NCBI GenBank assembly: GCA_030637655.1
Contig: DAOWGI010000019.1
Coordinates: 1-30,109 of the forward strand
DNA: 30,109 nucleotides
Origin: a candidate division FCPU426 bacterium
GTDB taxonomy: Bacteria > Oederibacteriota > JAAXVQ01 > JAUVAV01
Direction of reading: 5' to 3'
The notes under the pieces were generated by a model, which was not told the DNA's origin, ran no database searches, and worked only from the letters and a program-made list of their open reading frames with translations. Every line of letters starts with the position of its first letter. The stretch's first letter is position 1. A program made the position numbers and the translations under genes. This document shows, in pieces, positions 26,235 through 30,109 of the stretch.

Positions 26235-27020
26235 ATGCGTTTAATCGCACATCTTTCAGACCTGCATTTCGGCACAGAAGTTCATTCTATCGTGCAAGCC
26301 TTAACGCGCGATCTGAAAGAGGCCCATCCGCATGTCATCCTTGTAAGCGGCGATCTTACGCAGCGTGCCCGCAAATACCAATTCGCCCAAGCCGCGGATT
26401 TTCTAAACCAATTTGAGGCCCCCAAGCTGGTGGTCCCGGGAAATCATGATATCCCCCTTTACAGCCTCGCTCACCGTCTGATAAACCCTTTAGCCGGCTA
26501 CCATCTCTATTTTCCGCGGGATCTCGAATCCCATTACTCGGATGAGCATTTAATGATCCTCGGCTTAAATTCCACGCACCCTTTGAGGATCCGTCGCGGC
26601 CAACTCTCGCATCGGCAATTGGAGTTCATGCAAAATTTCTTTCATAAACCCCATAGTCATCAATTCCGCATATTCATGTCGCATCATCCCTTTATGCCTC
26701 TGCCGCGACATTTTCCGCGGGATCTCATGATCCGCCGTAAAAAGGCGGTCACTATCTTCGAACATTGTAAAGTAAATATCGTCTTAGGCGGACATTCCCA
26801 CAAAGTACATGTGGATAATCTGCAAGGCCATTATCCCTTGCTTAAACGTCCCATTATAATGGTTCAAGCGGGCACCGCCGTCTCCCGGCGCACCTTTAGA
26901 CAACCTCATGCGTACAACCTCATCCGTGTCAGTCCGCATCAATTTACGATTGAGACGCGGACTTATGTTTCCGGCAGCTTTGTCGGCACCGATCGTCATG
27001 TTTTTCCTCGGGAAGATTGA
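26235..27020 (+). CDS. Calcineurin-like metallophosphoesterase (CpdA/Icc-like)
   Basis: HLSDLHFG, VSGDLT, PGNHD, SHHP, GGHSH. ATG at 26235. Confidence 0.92.
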   Translation: MRLIAHLSDLHFGTEVHSIVQALTRDLKEAHPHVILVSGDLTQRARKYQFAQAADFLNQFEAPKLVVPGNHDIPLYSLAHRLINPLAGYHLYFPRDLESHYSDEHLMILGLNSTHPLRIRRGQLSHRQLEFMQNFFHKPHSHQFRIFMSHHPFMPLPRHFPRDLMIRRKKAVTIFEHCKVNIVLGGHSHKVHVDNLQGHYPLLKRPIIMVQAGTAVSRRTFRQPHAYNLIRVSPHQFTIETRTYVSGSFVGTDRHVFPRED

Positions 27021-27182
27021 AAAAGCCCGGCAACATTTAATGTGAGTCAATGTTGATCAGCGTTATACTTATTGTTTGCTAAAGCAAATAACACCAAGAC
27101 ATAATTATCGGCAAAAAGAAGAAGTAATAAAATAGACCAAGGCCATTTTTCCAGCTTCTCTTCGCGCTAATTTGAGTTGGTT

Positions 27183-27653
27183 TTAGCGTTCACGTTGGCG
27201 CAAAACGCGATCGGTCTCCCGCTTAATATCCTTTTCTTTGATGGCCTGTTTTTTATCATACGTATGCTTGCCTTGGGCTACTGCCAATTCTATTTTTACG
27301 CGGTTACCCTTAAGATACACGGATAATGGCACCAGGGTAAACCCTCTTTGTGCTACCTTGGCTGTTAGTTTCCGAATCTCTCTTTTATGCATAAGTAATT
27401 GTCGTGTCCGGGTTGGCTCCGGATTCTGCCGGTTGCCTTGCGGATACGGAGATATATGCAGATTCATTAAAAAAATCGATCCGGCCCGGACTACAGCATA
27501 GCAATCTTGCAGATTAGCAGACCCGGAACGCAATGATTTAACCTCACAACCCACCAGTGCAATCCCAGCCTCGTATTTTTCCAATATATGATAAAGATGA
27601 TATGCTTTGCGATTTCTCACTAAGATTTTATTATCACTGGCTTGGGCTTTCAA
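27183..27653 (-). CDS. smpB: SsrA-binding protein
   Basis: NRKAYHLY, EAGIALVG.EVKSLR, HISPY, R.RQLLMHKREI, GKHTYDKK. TTG start overlaps the rnr stop (TTGA). Confidence 0.97.
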   Translation of the reverse strand: MKAQASDNKILVRNRKAYHLYHILEKYEAGIALVGCEVKSLRSGSANLQDCYAVVRAGSIFLMNLHISPYPQGNRQNPEPTRTRQLLMHKREIRKLTAKVAQRGFTLVPLSVYLKGNRVKIELAVAQGKHTYDKKQAIKEKDIKRETDRVLRQRER

Positions 27654-29872
27654 AGTCGCTTCCTCCTGGATTTCCGTACCATGCGCGGTGCATTCCGCTT
27701 CTCAGCCGTTTTCTTTTGCGCGGCTGCCTCGTGCAAGCTAAAAAGCACACGTTGTTCTTCCCACTCAATTCGATCCATCCGAATCCGCACCCGTTGTCCT
27801 GTGCGGAAAATCCGGTGGCTATTGGTCCCCTGTAAAAAGCGTTGGCGCTCCTCAAAATAATAATAATCATCACTTAACTCTGAGCTTCGCACCAATCCTT
27901 CCACAAAATGCTCCTGCAATTCAACAAAAAAACCATAATTCGCAACTGTGGTAATGGTACCCTCAAATATTTCTCCAATTTTATTGCTCATGAATTCCAG
28001 CCGTTTTCTTTTTACGGCTTCCCGCTCGGCTTTTTCCGCTCGCCGCTCCAAATCCGACAATTGCTCTCCCCAGATCACCATTTTCGACTGCCAGGCATTT
28101 CTCTGCCCGCCGGTCTGGGTTCTACGCTTCAAATGCTCAGTCAACCGTCGATGCACAATCAAATCAGGATAGCGACGGATGGGCGAGGTAAAATGCGTAT
28201 AGCACTCAGAGCCTAAACCAAAGTGACCGCTATTTTTCGGCGCATACACTGCCAGTTTCATAGCTCGTAGTAAAGCCATGTTCAACACCTGGGCTTCCGG
28301 CTTGCCTTCCCACTGTTGCATCAATTTTTGAAATTGTTTGGATGCTTCCTGGGATTTTCCGAGTTTTAACGCATACCCATAGGCTTCCAGGAATTCCTGG
28401 AATTCTTCCATACGTTCACCGGCCGGCGGCTCATGAATACGGTACAAACTGGGAACATCCTGTTGCCGTAAATACTTGGCTACTGCTTCATTGGCGGCAA
28501 TCATGCAATCCTCAATCAAACGATGACTGGCCAATTGCTCCCGCTTTTCAATGGTCTGTACTCGTCCGTCCGGACCTAAGACCACCCTCGGATCCGGCAG
28601 ATCAAAATCCAGGCTGCCCCGGGATTCGCGTTTGGCCCTGAGCGCCAGAGCAACCTGATGAAATTGTTTTAATTCTTCTCTATATCTTTCCGCCGGATTG
28701 TCACAATGCTTTTGGGTCAAAACCGTTTCCACCCAATCATAGGTTAAGCGTTCATGACTGTGAATAATACTGCGATGAAATTCAGTATTTACTACCTCAC
28801 CGGTTGGAGTCACTTCCATAAAAGCCGAGACCGTATACCGGTCACGCTTGGGTACCAGGCTGCACACTCCACAGGATAAGGGCTCCGGCAGCATGTGCAA
28901 AACTCGATCCGGCAAATACACACTGGTTCCGCGCTCCCGAGCTTCCAAATCCAAACAAGAACCGCTGTCTAAATAATACGCAACATCCGCAATATGCACA
29001 CCCAATCGCCAATTACCATTAGCTAGGGTTTCACAAGAAACCGCGTCATCAAAATCGCGCGCATCCGCGCCGTCAATGGTCACTATCACCTGTTCACGCA
29101 AATCCAGGCGCTGAGCAATCTCTTTAGGCACAGGTTCTATGGCAATGGCGTTGGCCTGGTCAAGAGCGGCTTTGGAAAAACGATCCGGCAGATTATACCG
29201 CCTCACAATTGCGGTAATATCCACACCAGGTGCATTGGTGGTTCCCAGCACTTCTGTGATCTCAGCCTCGCCCGGCGTATAGCGCTGCGGCCAGGCCGTG
29301 ACCTTGGCAACCACCTGATCACCGCTCTTAGCCTTCCTGGTTTTAGTGGCAGCTACTGTAAACTCATGCAACCGGATCATGCCTTCCGGATGAATCAAGC
29401 GTACCCCTCGGTCTTGAAAATATAATCCCACGATCTGTTCACTGGCCCGTTTCACCACACGCACAATCTGTGCTTGTCGTTTTTGACCGCGGGTTCTGCT
29501 CCTTTGTATTTCCGAGACCACCCGGACTTCCACCTCATCATCCGGCATCGCGTCTTTGAGATTTTTTCCCGGAACGTACAAATCCGGTTCTTTTTCATCC
29601 TGGGGAATCACAAAAGCAAATCCCGGCTTGGATTGCACCAAACGTCCGACGAGTGTTTTCGACTGCTTGGGCAGACCATAGAGCCCTCCGCGCAAGCGGA
29701 TCACTTTACCTTCTTCCGCCATTTGGCGCAGCATATTTGAAATAACCATACGCTGACTCTTGGGCAGCATCAGTTCCTTCATCAGCCGCCGCGGCGAACA
29801 GGCCCGTTGGCGCAACAGGCTAAGCAATGACTTTGGATCGATCTTGTTTTTATCCGTTTTTTTCTTTGGCAT
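27650..29872 (-). CDS. rnr: Ribonuclease R
   Basis: Cold-shock domains; TIDGADARDFDDAV, VHIADV, RGTSVY, YTHFTSPIRRYPDL; S1 domain; basic tail. Likely ATG 29872. Confidence 0.96.
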   Translation of the reverse strand: MPKKKTDKNKIDPKSLLSLLRQRACSPRRLMKELMLPKSQRMVISNMLRQMAEEGKVIRLRGGLYGLPKQSKTLVGRLVQSKPGFAFVIPQDEKEPDLYVPGKNLKDAMPDDEVEVRVVSEIQRSRTRGQKRQAQIVRVVKRASEQIVGLYFQDRGVRLIHPEGMIRLHEFTVAATKTRKAKSGDQVVAKVTAWPQRYTPGEAEITEVLGTTNAPGVDITAIVRRYNLPDRFSKAALDQANAIAIEPVPKEIAQRLDLREQVIVTIDGADARDFDDAVSCETLANGNWRLGVHIADVAYYLDSGSCLDLEARERGTSVYLPDRVLHMLPEPLSCGVCSLVPKRDRYTVSAFMEVTPTGEVVNTEFHRSIIHSHERLTYDWVETVLTQKHCDNPAERYREELKQFHQVALALRAKRESRGSLDFDLPDPRVVLGPDGRVQTIEKREQLASHRLIEDCMIAANEAVAKYLRQQDVPSLYRIHEPPAGERMEEFQEFLEAYGYALKLGKSQEASKQFQKLMQQWEGKPEAQVLNMALLRAMKLAVYAPKNSGHFGLGSECYTHFTSPIRRYPDLIVHRRLTEHLKRRTQTGGQRNAWQSKMVIWGEQLSDLERRAEKAEREAVKRKRLEFMSNKIGEIFEGTITTVANYGFFVELQEHFVEGLVRSSELSDDYYYFEERQRFLQGTNSHRIFRTGQRVRIRMDRIEWEEQRVLFSLHEAAAQKKTAEKRNAPRMVRKSRRKRL

Positions 29873-29908
29873 GCTATAAAAACTCCATCTGATAAAAATG
29901 CTTTGGGC

Positions 29909-29938
29909 TTGACAGCGCACTTACCGGTAAGGTATATT
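29909..29938 (+). promoter_or_regulatory. Putative sigma70 promoter divergent from rnr
   Basis: TTGACA-18 bp-TATATT; the spacer contains the palindrome CTTACCGGTAAG. Confidence 0.4.
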
Positions 29939-29945
29939 GCTTTTT

Positions 29946-30067
29946 CCTAACCCGGATAAACCGGAACTAAATTTAGCCGCCGATACACGCGGATACACGC
30001 AAATTAAAATCTTTTTTATCCATTAGGCTATAAATATCTGCGTTTATTTGCGTTCATCGGCGGTTAA
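29946..30067 (-). repeat. Composite repeat: CCTAACCCGG..CCGGA module plus long hairpin of 10-nt units
   Basis: CCTAACCCGGATAAACCGGAAC followed by TTAGCCGCCGATACACGCGGATACACGC...GCGTTTATTTGCGTTCATCGGCGGTTAA. Confidence 0.75.
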
Positions 30068-30109
30068 TTTTCTTTCCATTTTTGAAAGAATTTCATTTGT
30101 AAGCGCCTA

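Overview
Chromosomal window from a diderm, probably anaerobic bacterium (it has a porin, a sigma54 site and NfnAB); I cannot assign the lineage from the sequence alone. Left part (1-8.5 kb), nitrogen and redox: a sigma54-driven DcaP-like porin-urtA-urtB-urtC urea uptake operon is divergent from a stand-alone FMN-binding glutamate-synthase-family gene, followed by an nfnAB (sudBA) pair. Middle: DUF4112, Dabb, a TAXI-TRAP transporter, an ABC-F ATPase and a uridine-kinase-like gene. Right: tmRNA (ssrA, 18343-18693, minus strand, tag (A)DEPQLALAA) lies about 8.5 kb downstream of rnr-smpB. Between them are DprE1/DprE2 homologues, a ParE fragment, a lipoprotein, an AAA+DUF4143 ATPase, a MazF-type toxin-antitoxin pair, a PilZ protein and a metallophosphoesterase. 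Downstream of tmRNA is a decayed island with two small GIY-YIG nucleases and a truncated BRO-N gene. The most striking unexplained structure is a dense set of short palindromic repeats with no transposase in the window. They nest inside each other, one sits in frame inside the ABC-F gene, one abuts the tmRNA CCA end and leads into a GIY-YIG gene, and one is an IS200/IS605-like mini element.
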